Shown here piece by piece: positions 1 through 11,635 of a DNA stretch of 64,000 nt; position 1 is the first letter of the stretch; each line of letters begins with the position of its first letter. Source of the DNA: Cenococcum geophilum (Eukaryota); the NCBI GenBank assembly GCA_050273025.1, contig CP158635.1:10354001-10418000 (forward strand). The letters run 5' to 3'. The notes beneath the pieces are model-generated. The model worked only from the letters and a program-made list of their open reading frames with translations. It made no database searches and was not told where the DNA came from. The translations under genes were made by a program, and so were the position numbers.

Positions 1-1974
1 CACTGCGCTTACTAGCAATTATTATAAGCGGGTTGCACCCCCTATATATAATCGCCTACGTACCTAAAACCCGCTACTAAACTTAGCCTTTAGCTCTAAC
101 TCTAATAAAGCAATACTAGGAGCTGCCTTAAATAATTCGGAAGAATTATTAATCTAAGCAGTTTTTAGGCGCTAGGAAAATGGGTCGTATATACTAAATA
201 TACTTCCTTAATAACTCTACTTGCCAGTTAACCTAGTTAAGCGATCTTAAGAGCTAAAGCCCTAAGAATTAAAGCCTTAAAAGCTAAAGTTTAGAATAAA
301 ATTTATAGAAGAGAAAGACGCACTACTTATTAATTTAAAGGAGGAATAGAATCTTTTATAGGAATAGATTAAAGACCGCTTTCTAAAAAGAAGTCTTAGA
401 TCACTATAGGCGCATTATTATTTAAAATTAAAGGCCTAGCCTGCTATATAGAAGAAAAGGGGCCAGCCTACTAGGCGGAAGAGACGGTAATAATAGTAGT
501 GCCCTTCTTTTAGCTTAAAGGTCTATTTCTTATTAACCGGAATTTAAGGCTATAAATTGTCCTAATTAGCGCTGCCAATAGGACCAGTATTTTTAGTACT
601 AGTTAGCGGTTAACATTTCTTATTATATATTTTATTTATGGCTTAATCTATTTATAACGCATTTCCTATTACATAAGGGCCGTATAAAAAGGTCCGTAAG
701 AGTATTACTTTTTTAAGGGCGGTAAGCAAGAGCTACTTATCACCACTTATAACGCTACGGACGATAGAGAATATAAGGCTGAAACTATATTCACGACTTA
801 GCCAGCCAATTAAAATTACGTAATATAGTGGAAACCAAGCGGTAGTCCAAATAATATAAAGTCGGGCGTTAATAATTAATTAACTCATATATACGACGTA
901 AAGGCGCATAAACTAGTTACAGTTAATTTGCCTTATAAATAAGAACGAGCCACGAGAATCCAATCCTTGGAGATATTTTAGTCGGCAGAGGGGCCATATA
1001 TCTAGTAACTCTAATCCCCTAGACTACGGCCAATGCATAGCTAAAATGCGCATTATAGCGGACGCCTTACCCGTTCTACTGTTTAGCTAGTAGCCTAATC
1101 ATATATATAATATTCTGCGCTAGAAAGCTTTAATAGTAGAGCAAAGCAAATCCAGCCGCAGCTCAGCCCGCTTGGCAATTCTTTTATATAACCCTTCCCG
1201 TCAGGCACTAACCTCTAAGCAGCTATAAACCTATCAGCTGCAGCAACACCTCCATTTTCCCTTATAAATTTCCTTTAACCCTACTTCGCTAATTGTTCGT
1301 AGCGTAGCTTCGTAAAGCCGCTCTCCGTTTAAGTCTACAATTTACCTCTTTTTATATTTCTTACGTTCTACCTTTTACAGTTATCCAGAAATTCTATTCT
1401 CGCTATTAAGGTAAATATTAGCTTAGCCATTTTATCCTATATAGCATATACCTAATTACTTATATCTTTTATAATAGTTATGCTTTAATGCGTATATACT
1501 TTACGGCCTTTTATTCTAAAACAAGTTCCTAAATTAGCCGCCATTTCTCCTTAGACGACTATCCGTGATTAAGAACGCTTTATAAAAGACAGCATTTACT
1601 TAATTTTTCACGTCTATAGAACACCTCTCCTTTATAGCCACCAGTCCCGCCGACTTATATAGTCGCACTTCTAGCTATATAGATTATATCCGCTAAGGCT
1701 AGGGATAAAGTATTTAGTAGGGAATAGGAGGAGATCGGAGGTTATATATTTAAGATAACGGAGGATATAACTATAACATTTAAAGGCAGATTATGTAATA
1801 TTAAAGACGGTAAAAGGAAGCTAGTTAAAGCATTAGGTATAGAAAATGGATAAGTAATAAGAGAGGTTCTTATTAGGTATAAATGTTATATAATAAGGGC
1901 ATAAATTAAGTTAAAGAAGAGGTAGTAATAAGTGGTAATCTAAAGCAATATATGCCATTTATTTGTAGATAAAA

Positions 1975-3430
1975 GTCAATCTCTAGCTTCTTCTATAGTA
2001 TTTTCCTAAAACTTTAGAGTATCTAGATCCCCTAAACCAAATAAATTAAAGATATTCTATCTATCCTGGTGGCCGATCCTAAGTATAAAGAGAGCGTCCT
2101 TATTATCCTTTTCTGGCATATATATAGACAGGCAATTCGTAACCACTAGTCCTCCTCTCTCCTTTTCCTTTCTCCATAAATTGCTCGTCTTCATCCTAGT
2201 GCAAAATAGCTTAGGGAGGTTTTTAATTATATAGCGCCTTATAAATAAGAAAGAATAGTACTAGCCCTCCCCTAGTAATACTAGATATCCTATTTAATAT
2301 TAACTATAGATGCGACATCTTATTAAAGGTCATTTTATAGACCTAAAGTCTGCTATAATTCTAACCGGGGACGCTTTAATAATGGTTTATCTGTAACTTA
2401 ATAATACGCTAGTATAATGGCGCTTAAAGGACTTTTAGAAGAGGCGTCTATTTTAGATAAGCATTAATGTATTAAATTTGGGGAACAAGGTGTCTAACTA
2501 TTGGTTTTAGGATTATTAAATAAGATTATACTTTCCTTTTATAACAAATCTGGCTCTAAAATATATAAGTAACTAATTAACAAGCACCTAAGACTTATAT
2601 ACTAAGCGTTTAATAAGCGTCCTAAGGGATCAGAGCTTTAGAATGCCTCTCCGATAACTAAGAGTCTTAGGCTAACCCTGGCGATAGTCAATACTAAGCA
2701 CCGATTATATAACTAATTAATTATTACGCACCTGAGCCTAGGTTTTAGGCTCTAGTTAACTAAGCTTCTCTATTAGGTCCAGCTTGTTAATTTAGCAACG
2801 CTGCTATAATTAATTATACTCTCTCTTTAAATAGGGAATAGAGGTTTATATACCTTTATTTTGCTTACATTTTATAGGTCGGAGCTTAATATGTGCTAAT
2901 CCGGTCAGTATAATATTATATATAAAAGAAGGGTTCGTACTTTAAGGAAATAAGGCTTATATAAAACTAAGGTAACTATAGCTGCTAGTAAAGCCCTATT
3001 CTGCGGCTATTAACTTAAGGAACTTTTTATCTATAGGCCTTAAGTTTAGACGATATAGTTCGTAGTTTTTAAAGTGAGTAAGGTACTCTACGACAATGTT
3101 AAAGCTTATTTTAGCACATTCCGTTAACGGGATAACTAATACCATAGCAAGAAAGACGTGATCGTTTGTATCCTAAATATCCGTGTATACGCGATGGGCT
3201 TGGGCCTTCCGCTATTTCGTTATATTTTGGCCGCTAGGCTCCTTAATAGGCTCGCCCTAAATAAAGTTAAGATAGGAGTTTTTTAAGAGTGCTTAATTGC
3301 CACGTATTATACCATTTGTTTTTAATTACTTAACTTTCTTATCAATCTTAATAAGGAATTTATTGATTTCCGCATTGGAACTCAGTAGGGTCAACCGACC
3401 CGCCTCGGAAGTTATATATTAGTCTATAGT
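1975..3430 (-). pseudogene. RIP-degraded hypothetical protein gene
   Basis: Manual minus-strand translation gives protein-like runs with stops at Q/W positions (QLSTLKNSYLNFI*GEP...RKAQAHRVYTDI*DTNDHVFLAMVLVIPLTEC...; C-terminal VVTNCLSIYMPEKDNKDALFILRIGHQD). Family not recognised; ends approximate. Confidence 0.5.
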
Positions 3431-4349
3431 TAGGAACGGATCTAGAATATTATAGCTAGTGACCCTCTTTATACAATAGAGTGAAATTTAATAAAGTAAG
3501 ACGGGTATGGGTAAAATGTAGTTTTATATAGATTTAGGTTTTAATTTTGGCGCCTATATGTTATAACGTGTTATATAGGGATTGGTTCAGCCAATAGGTA
3601 TATAAGGAAGATTAACCGTTAGGGTATAGCTATATATCAGCTAGTAGAACGTCTAGGGACTGTATCGTCTTATTACAGCCTATATTTCATTTCACTCCAT
3701 TTTATCTCGTTTTAGCTAAGTTTTAGACTTTAATATACCTTTAAGCTTCATTAGTTCTAATATATATGTACTCTCTTTATACCAATCCAAGACATCCTAC
3801 CTAGATCCTATATACAGTTACTTACAAAATCGGCTTCCGGTTTTTATACTTTAAAAATTATCAGCGTATAGTCCTTGCTATAGCTCTTAGTATACATTTT
3901 ACCCAATAAGTATGTAGGGAGAAGTATACCGAAACATTGTTTCTCTATATTTATCTTCATTTCATTTATCGCCGAGATTGTATTTAGATGTTCCTCGCTA
4001 AATAGCCTACCTCTCTAAGTATAAACTCGCTGTCAACTTTAGGCAAGCCGCCTTAACTAGCCTAGGGGTAAAGCTTAAACGTCTAGCACTATTTATATTA
4101 TATAGCTGTCGCTGCCACTAGACGTTATCGTCAAACGCTCCCTCTAGAACGCCCTTAAGAACTTCCTCTAGAACTCCCTACAGAACTTCCTATAGGCTCC
4201 CTTCTTAACGCCCTATCCGGCCCTCTTTAGACGCCAACTTTAGACCTTTATATTGACGGCCCTGACGCTAATAACTGTTTCCATTCCTTGTATAAAGCGT
4301 CTAAAACAATCTCCGTGGAATCTCGAAGACCTATATACTAAAGGATAAT

Positions 4350-5243
4350 ATTATACAGTATCTGCCTGGCTTAGGAGGAAGGGACGTGGTTAGTATAGGC
4401 ATTATAGCGCTCGTTATACGTCTTAATGCTGTTATAAAGTTCTCTAAGCCTTCGGAATGGCGCTTAATGGATAGAGAAAAGCTTGTTTACCAACGTCTTG
4501 GCTATAATTACTGCGGGATCCTTCGATACTTTAGGCCATGTGGGGCTATAGAAAATGCTATAATCCTATAGTTTGCGAGTTATAGATCTATATGCTAATA
4601 CTTTATAAGGTAGAAGAAACTAGTTCCGCTTTCCCTTAAACTTCAATAGGCCGAATAAATTACTAGAGCTGTTTGTTTTATCTATTTGAGAAATATACTA
4701 TATGGCGATATCTCCTGCAATAATATATTCCTTAATAAAGGGCTTAATGCGAAGCTTAGTGATTTTGCTAGGTTAGCTATTAATGACCTTCTACCCCTTA
4801 TTTGTTATAAGACTAGTTATAAGCTTCCTAATTAAGATATTTTAAAGAAAACTAAGCTCTTTGCTCTTAGTTTAACTATTTATAAGATAATAACTGGTTC
4901 TAAACTATATAATAGGCTCTTAGATAAACAAATTTGTATAGCATTTATTGAGGGACGCTTTCTAGATCTGGAGCCTCTACTTGCGTTTAGGGACGTTATT
5001 ACAAATTGTTGGAAATAGAGTTACGGAAGTGTAGACGAAGTCCTTTAAGACGTGAGATCCGAAGGTATAGCTTAATTCTTTGACTTTACTCCTAGCACTG
5101 ACCACTTTTTAGTTACTAAAAATTCGAATCTATGCTCGACTTTACTGCACTATTTATATTTATTTCCTATTATACTTACTACTTTGTTTCTATTTCTACT
5201 TCTACTCTAGGCAAAGAGTTGTAAATTACTTAATATATATTAG
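4350..5243 (+). pseudogene. Protein kinase-like gene (RIPed) with hydrophobic C-terminal exon
   Basis: Reads YGDISCNNIFLNKGLNAKLSDFA (de-RIP HGDISCNN...LGDFAG: catalytic loop and DFG-like motif) at ~4700-4770, then KLFALSLTIYKIITG and ITNCW. Intron at ~5064-5111. ORF 4386..4571 is part of this gene. The 5' end may extend to ~3990. Confidence 0.8.
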
Positions 5244-5284
5244 TAAAGACTACTGACTTACTCCTTAGTGCTTATATTGTTTTC

Positions 5285-5497
5285 TTAAAGTGGACATTAA
5301 GGGCAGTCGCCAGGTTTTTTAGATGATCCTATTACTAATACTTCGCCATTAAGACCTTTGGCCGGCGAAGCGTTAGAGCAATAATACCTATTCTTTTTCG
5401 CTTTCTCGCACTTATCCCATCTACGGTCGGACACAATGTAATAAGAGTTAGCTCCGCATTTGCTGTAGTAGAACAATTAATCATAGTAGTAATATAT
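5285..5497 (-). pseudogene. Small Cys-rich protein (~70 aa), RIPed
   Basis: Translates (I/M)YYYYD*LFYYSKCGANSYYIVSDRRWDKCEKAKKNRYYCSNASPAKGLNGEVLVIGSSKKPGDCP*CPL*, ending in a CxxC. Confidence 0.55.
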
Positions 5498-5939
5498 TTA
5501 GCGGAACGATGGTAACTAAAGTTTTAGACTAGTGTAGTAACTAGTAAATTGCTATTGGAATAAGAACCTCGCGGTCAGTGCTAGATATACCTTATTTGCA
5601 TAAAGTGTTTAACCTAACTTATTACTGCCTAAGTGATAGTTCTAAGCTGGCAATGTAGATGCAACGTAGATGTAGTATAGGTGCAGTAAGGTTTAAGTAT
5701 AGAAACCTACGTATAATGGGAAATTCCGGTTAGCTGGAAATCTCCTTTTAGTTTATCCAACTTCACCTATAATTGCACTTTGTGGGCGTGTTATACATTA
5801 ACATTTTATAGTAGCTCGAACTAATATAGGGAAGTCGCTAAGGCTGCATGGGGGCTATAAAGAGGAGTCGCGTAAAATGTGTGCCAAGAGCTGCAGTAAG
5901 GACCGTGCCTTCTTTTATATTATATAAGGGAAAATAGGA

Positions 5940-6040
5940 TAGTTATGGAGTGAGATAGAATGGAGCGAGATGGAATAGAGTAAGATGTGGAATTGGAATA
6001 AAGTGGAATAAAATGTAGTAGAATGTAGTGGAATGGCATA
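5940..6040. repeat. Degenerate (GGAAT/GAGAT)n pentamer tract
   Basis: atggagtgagatagaatggagcgagatggaatag...tggaattggaataaagtggaataaaatg. Confidence 0.6.
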
Positions 6041-6580
6041 AGCTAAGGCGAAGTGAGCACTAATTGGCATCTATTCTTCCTCCGCCTCTAGTGCTTCTTC
6101 GTATCTTTTAAAACCGTCCACCTAGCTCCTACGTATTAATCAAAACAATTATATCATTTTTAACTGTGCCCTTAGCAATTAGAACTCATAACGCCTTACC
6201 CAACTCGCTGGTATATGTTTACTTCGGTTAAAAGAGTAATCAGCTCGTTTGGTGTCAACCTTTTACGACATTATAGAATTTAAGCCGCGATCCGCGGTGC
6301 AAGCCACCCATTAAAGTCCTTCTGCATGCTACCCTCTATCAATCTAAGACGTATAGCTGGCTCCTACGCATTAACTAAGACCGGGACTGAGATCCCGGCA
6401 TGCAGTCCTATACCTTAAGCCTATTACTTAGCTTGTGGTTTCTATATTGGTAGGATACTAGTATAATCTAGCGCTCTAATGCTTGCAATTATGATTGCGT
6501 ATCTAAACCGCTAAACGATGTCTTAATAAGCAAGCCCCTCCCCACAGCTTTACTGAGTGGAGCTTTTCACTATTAAAACA

Positions 6581-9281
6581 ATGCCACTACGTATCTAGCC
6601 TCTGCTAGGATAGATAAGGGAAAGGCTATATAGCTAGAGAGGGGTGTAGTGGATATTTGCGGCATAGTGGTAATAGATTAAAAGGTATAATATTAGGTAG
6701 ATTTTCCTCTAGAGACTAGTACTATTAACCTCCTCTAGCTACTTCTCTAATTTTATACTTTAAATCAGCTCTACCCTTTAGGCAATATATAGACTATATT
6801 AAAGACCCTAAACACTCCTCTAGGTAGCCCTACTCTATTACTAGCTTAGCAGCCCCTTATTATCTAGTATACTCTACAATTCCTAAAGCTGCTAAAGGTA
6901 GCTATAATAATAAATACGTTGTCTACCTCTACCTCTACTTTAGAAGGCCTAGCTGTCAAGCCACTAGCCCCAGAAGACCCTAAAACTAAAGCAATATTAT
7001 AAGCCTCTAGGTTAGAGTATAAGACGGTAAATAAAGTGTATATCTTTACAGTCGTGCATATATAGTCCTACTAACACTATTTCTTTATAGTTGAGATAAG
7101 AAAGCTTATTAGTATAAGATTGCTAAGCCAGTGGCCTTAATAGGAGAGGTTAATAAACTGGACTAATACGTGTTTATTAATTGTATTTGAATTAGTAGGC
7201 ATAATACTCTTTATAAGTGTCTTTAATTACTAAAGATAAATTACAGATAAGAAAACTAAAGACTCTATATTTTATGTTAATATTAAGTCTAAAGGGTTGT
7301 AAGACGTTCTAAGGAAGGTCCTTAAAGATGTCTATAGGATCTGCCTAAGAGAGGACAAGCCTTTAGTGCGGAAAATCTCCGCTATTAAAACTTACCAGCT
7401 TATACCGCGTATAGGTTAAATAGAACCTCCTATATAATTTTCTTCCGGAACTAGAATTATATTAAAGTAGTATAAACGTTAACTCTAAGAACGAAGTGTA
7501 TTTAAAACATTTGGACCTCTTAATTAGCTTTATTAAAACCACCTACGCGTCTATAACTAAATGCCTTAAACCCCTTTTTAAGAACTATAAAATCACGTAT
7601 AATCTACTTTAGGCTCTCTTTAAGCTGAACTTAGAGGTCTATACTACCTATTTTAGTACCAGCAAACCGAGATACGTTAAGTTTAATTATAGTAAGGAAA
7701 AAATAAGATTAAGCGAAACTAAGTACTTCCATCTGGACTGTTGCTACTTTAATTTTAATGGGAAAGTATTTAGGGAAGCCGCCCTTAGGCTTGCTATTAA
7801 GAAGTTTCATAGAACGAAATGGATAGACCTGCTTTAGGCATTTCCTCTAGAGTATTACTAGAAATCGAGCGAGATTAGAGCACGGTTAATTAGATATAGT
7901 TGAATTTTTAATAACTTAAGAGGCGTCTACTACCGCTAGTACTAAGGGACTGCCTTCTATAAGGATAAAGACGGCAATAAGATCAAAGTCTTTGTTAAGA
8001 GCCAAATCATAGTTAATACGGCGTATTTTCGGCAAATTAACCCTAATTACGCTAGACTATAAATTAACAAGTCGCTAGGAACACTGGACTTATTAGCTAT
8101 CTTTAATTTTATAAAGGGCTTAATTAAAAGGAAAAACTAAATTAAGAGGACAGATATAGATCTAACTAAAATAAAGGATTAAGATTTCCTAATTAGCAGC
8201 CTAACTATGCTAGGTTTTAGTCTAGGTAATAAGTACTAGTGTGCGTTATCTTTACTTATATATAAGCGGCATTTGCTAACGCATTATAGTTAAGTTCGCA
8301 GTTGCTAATATTAGTAACATTATATGAAACCCTTCTTCCTTTAATAACCTTAGGATTCCTACTTAGTAGAAGGAGGTTATTTAAGCTCTTAGTAAAACCT
8401 ACTTATTTTAGGACTCTTACCCTACCTTAAATGACTTTGTATTGGGCAAAGGACGCAGACTTATTACCCTCCTATAGTATATTACCATGCCTCTATTATA
8501 AAATAATAGTTACACTATTACCTTACTAAGATAACTAAATTAGTGGGCCGCCTGGTGTTAGTAAGACCTTAACAGTAGAGGCGATGTTAGAATACCTTAT
8601 AAGACCACTTTACGTTATACGTCTCTATTTCCTTATAATTACAGTTCTTTCTAACCGAGTAGATCTTTGCTGGAGAATTAGGCACGACCGCGGATGCACT
8701 TAAGGAGAAGCTTTCTCTTATCTTTAAGATAGTAACCCACTGGAAAGCCACTCTACTTCTTAATAAGGCGGACGTGTTCGTAGAATAGCGTGCTACTAAT
8801 AATGTTTATTATAATGCCCTTATTTATATATTCTTGCACAAGCTTAAATACTATAAAGGAATCTTATTTCTTACAACTAACTAGGTAAAGACGATTAATA
8901 AAGCCATTGCAAGCAGAATACACCTCGCGCTTTAGTACGGCCCATTAAATCGGAATGCTTAAGAGGCAGTTTAAAGGAGTTTCCTTAATAAGGCGAGCAC
9001 GATAAAAGGAGCCGCAGATTTCACAGAAAAGGACCTCAATATTTTGGTAGGGAAGGATCTTAATGGCCGAGAGGTAAGAGCTTTTACGCCTATGGTAAAG
9101 CCAAGCTAATTAACTTTCTAATCTAGATTAAAAATGCTGTTTTTATGGCTTAAGCATTAGCTAGCTATAAAGAGACGTAAGTGTCCTTATTATATTTAGA
9201 ATTCGCTATTAGTGCAAATGTAGAATTTCAGTATAATTTTATAGGAGAAGGTAAGTTTAACAATATACAGTCCTACGCTTA
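6581..9281 (+). pseudogene. Fungal AAA+ ATPase gene (multi-intron), RIPed
   Basis: Walker A GPPGV(S/G)KTLT(V/A)EA at ~8545-8585. Walker B LLL(N/D)(K/E)ADVFVE at ~8753-8785. Also FLHKLKYYKGILFLTTN*V, IASRIHLAL and LNGRE/IKNAV, plus GT-AG introns. Start approximate. Confidence 0.9.
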
Positions 9282-10129
9282 GCTCTCTTAAATTTACTAG
9301 GGTATTAGGGGTCTATAGAATGCATACCTTTTTAGCGTATAGGTAGATATACGTTTAGGATTTAGCTATCTTTTTCTTTTCTTCTTTATATTTTTTCCTA
9401 TTTATACTTGTTAATAGTTGGAGGCAGTATATTACTTAACTATACTATTTATTGGCTAGTTATATATATACATATATATCCTAATAACTTTATATTATAT
9501 AGCTTTGACGTAACATAGATATATAGCCTTAATCCCAAAACGTAGAATCCAATATTATTAGATAGAGTTAGTTATATAAGTAAGTTTCCATTAAAAATAA
9601 GATAGAGAAACTGGAACTTTATTATTTTCCCAGATATACTATCTATACAGGATGGTGTAGAAAATAAGGAAAGAAAAGCTAGTAATTTTAAACGGTTTTA
9701 AATAAAGTTCTATACGGGATAGAAAATAATAAAAGTATTATTTTTATAGCCACTTTTCCCGTATAGGAGGATATTAAAAGAGGTATTTAAAAGCTGGATA
9801 TAAAAAGAGAATTTTAGTAGAAATCCCGTATAAAATATTATCTTTTATAAATATATTTTTAAAATGGAACACAAATTCCAGTTTCTATAAGATTTTTTAT
9901 TAAATTATTCTATATGGGATATTATAGGAAATAGGATATAAAATCTAGGTAATTAAATTTTAATATAGGATTAAAATATAGTAGATTATTATATTTATTA
10001 GCTGTTTATACTATATAGATAAAATTAAAAACTGCGCAGGCGAATTGCTGGTGGATTTGGGAATAGGAGAACGGAAGCCGCAGGGCATCGGTTCCTATAC
10101 GGGAGAGGAAAACGTAGCTAGTAGCTCCC

Positions 10130-10900
10130 GTGTCTGGAGGAACGTTAGTTCTAAAAGGAGTTAAATACCGCCCGAGGAAAAATGCCTGGAGGAACGTCAG
10201 TTCCGAAAGGAGTTAAATGCCTAGAGGAACGTTAGTGCCTAGAGGAACGTTAGTTCTGAAAGGAGTTGAATACCGCCCGAGAAAAAATTGGGGTGTGCTC
10301 GTCTTGCCCTCTTATTGGCCAAATCTTTCATCCTCTTATTGGTTAAATCTTTGAGCCCTCTTATTAGTCAAATTTTCTTACCCTCTTATCTGTTAAATCT
10401 TTAAGCCCTCCTATTAGTCAAATCTTTAAGCCCTCTTATCTGTTAAATCTTTAAGCCCTCTTATTTATCAAATCTTTAAGCCCTCTTATCTGTCAAATCT
10501 TTAAGCCCTCTTATTTATCAAATATTTGAGCCCCCCCCACTTATTAGATCTTTAAGCCCTCTCGTTTATCAAATCTTTAAGCCCTCTTATTCGTTAGATC
10601 TTTAAGCCCTCTTATTTATTAAATCTTTAAGCCCTCTTATTAGTTAGCTTTTTACCTCTTTAGGCTAATTAATATATTCTCTTCGGAATTTCTTCGCGCC
10701 GCCAGTATAGTCGGTTAGGAGGTATAGGTAGGAGAGGGGATCCTTAAGTGTATTCGCTTATTAAGATCGGCTTATTATTCGCTTAGGTGTAAACGTCCTA
10801 TCTCCTTTGCAAAGTAGATTATAGCTTTAACCGCGCTAATGTTTAGGAAACGCCATAAAAACAAGGGTGTGGCCAGTGCGGGTCAGCCGCCCTCCCTACT
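10130..10900 (+). repeat. Module 1 arm A: short terminal repeats, 25-bp tandem array, ~250-bp conserved block ending in core site
   Basis: Near-identical to 16520-17162 and 22835-23414. Contains tandem aaatctttaagccctcttat(n5) at ~10320-10645 and ends aagggtgtggccagtgcgggtcagccgccctccctact. Confidence 0.9.
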
Positions 10901-11635
10901 TATAGTGGCGACACCTAGCACTAAATCACTTTAATTATCGTTACATATAAGCTGTAACTATACTTATATAGCTAACTACCTCCATATTCGCACTAGCACT
11001 ATAGTTATAAATTTTAGACCTGTTTTAGACGCTGCTACTATCCCTAAACGTAATATACTATCTACCTATCTAACCTTTACTCTTAATTTGCTAAACCAGC
11101 GATATCTAACATCGGCTTCTATAAAATGTATATCGACTTTACCGTTACATCTTAAGTAGTGTTAATTAACCGTATAAGAATACGTTAAAGAGGTTATATA
11201 AGGCCGAACGGCACTATAAAGTAGTATAAATGCACTTGGGCAGTGTTGAGGGCAGAGTAAGTAGTATAGTTAGGCATATGTGTGTGGGAGTAAGAGTAAT
11301 TGCTAAGGTTTTATCCACAACGTAGGGCGTAATAAGAGGATACAATAATGTATATATAAAAGCCTTTGTAGTGTATATGTAGCGCCAAGCATATTTCTTA
11401 GTAGAGAGGGGCTTATAATTTATCTGCGCCCTACTTTATTTAGCTTTAATACTTTCCTAGCTTATATTAGCGTTATGCGCATTATAGAGAATTAAGTGCT
11501 ATAGCGTTAAGGGCGTAGTAAGCGTCGAGTTTTAGAGGTATTGCTGTCTTAGCTAGGCCTTACCCCGCTAATAAATCCCGCACAGTCCGTAATTGTAAAC
11601 TTACTATAGTGTGATTTAATACTAATTGCTAGAAA

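Noticed and set aside
1..1900. Gene remnants
   Set aside because: Too degraded to assign a frame or family.
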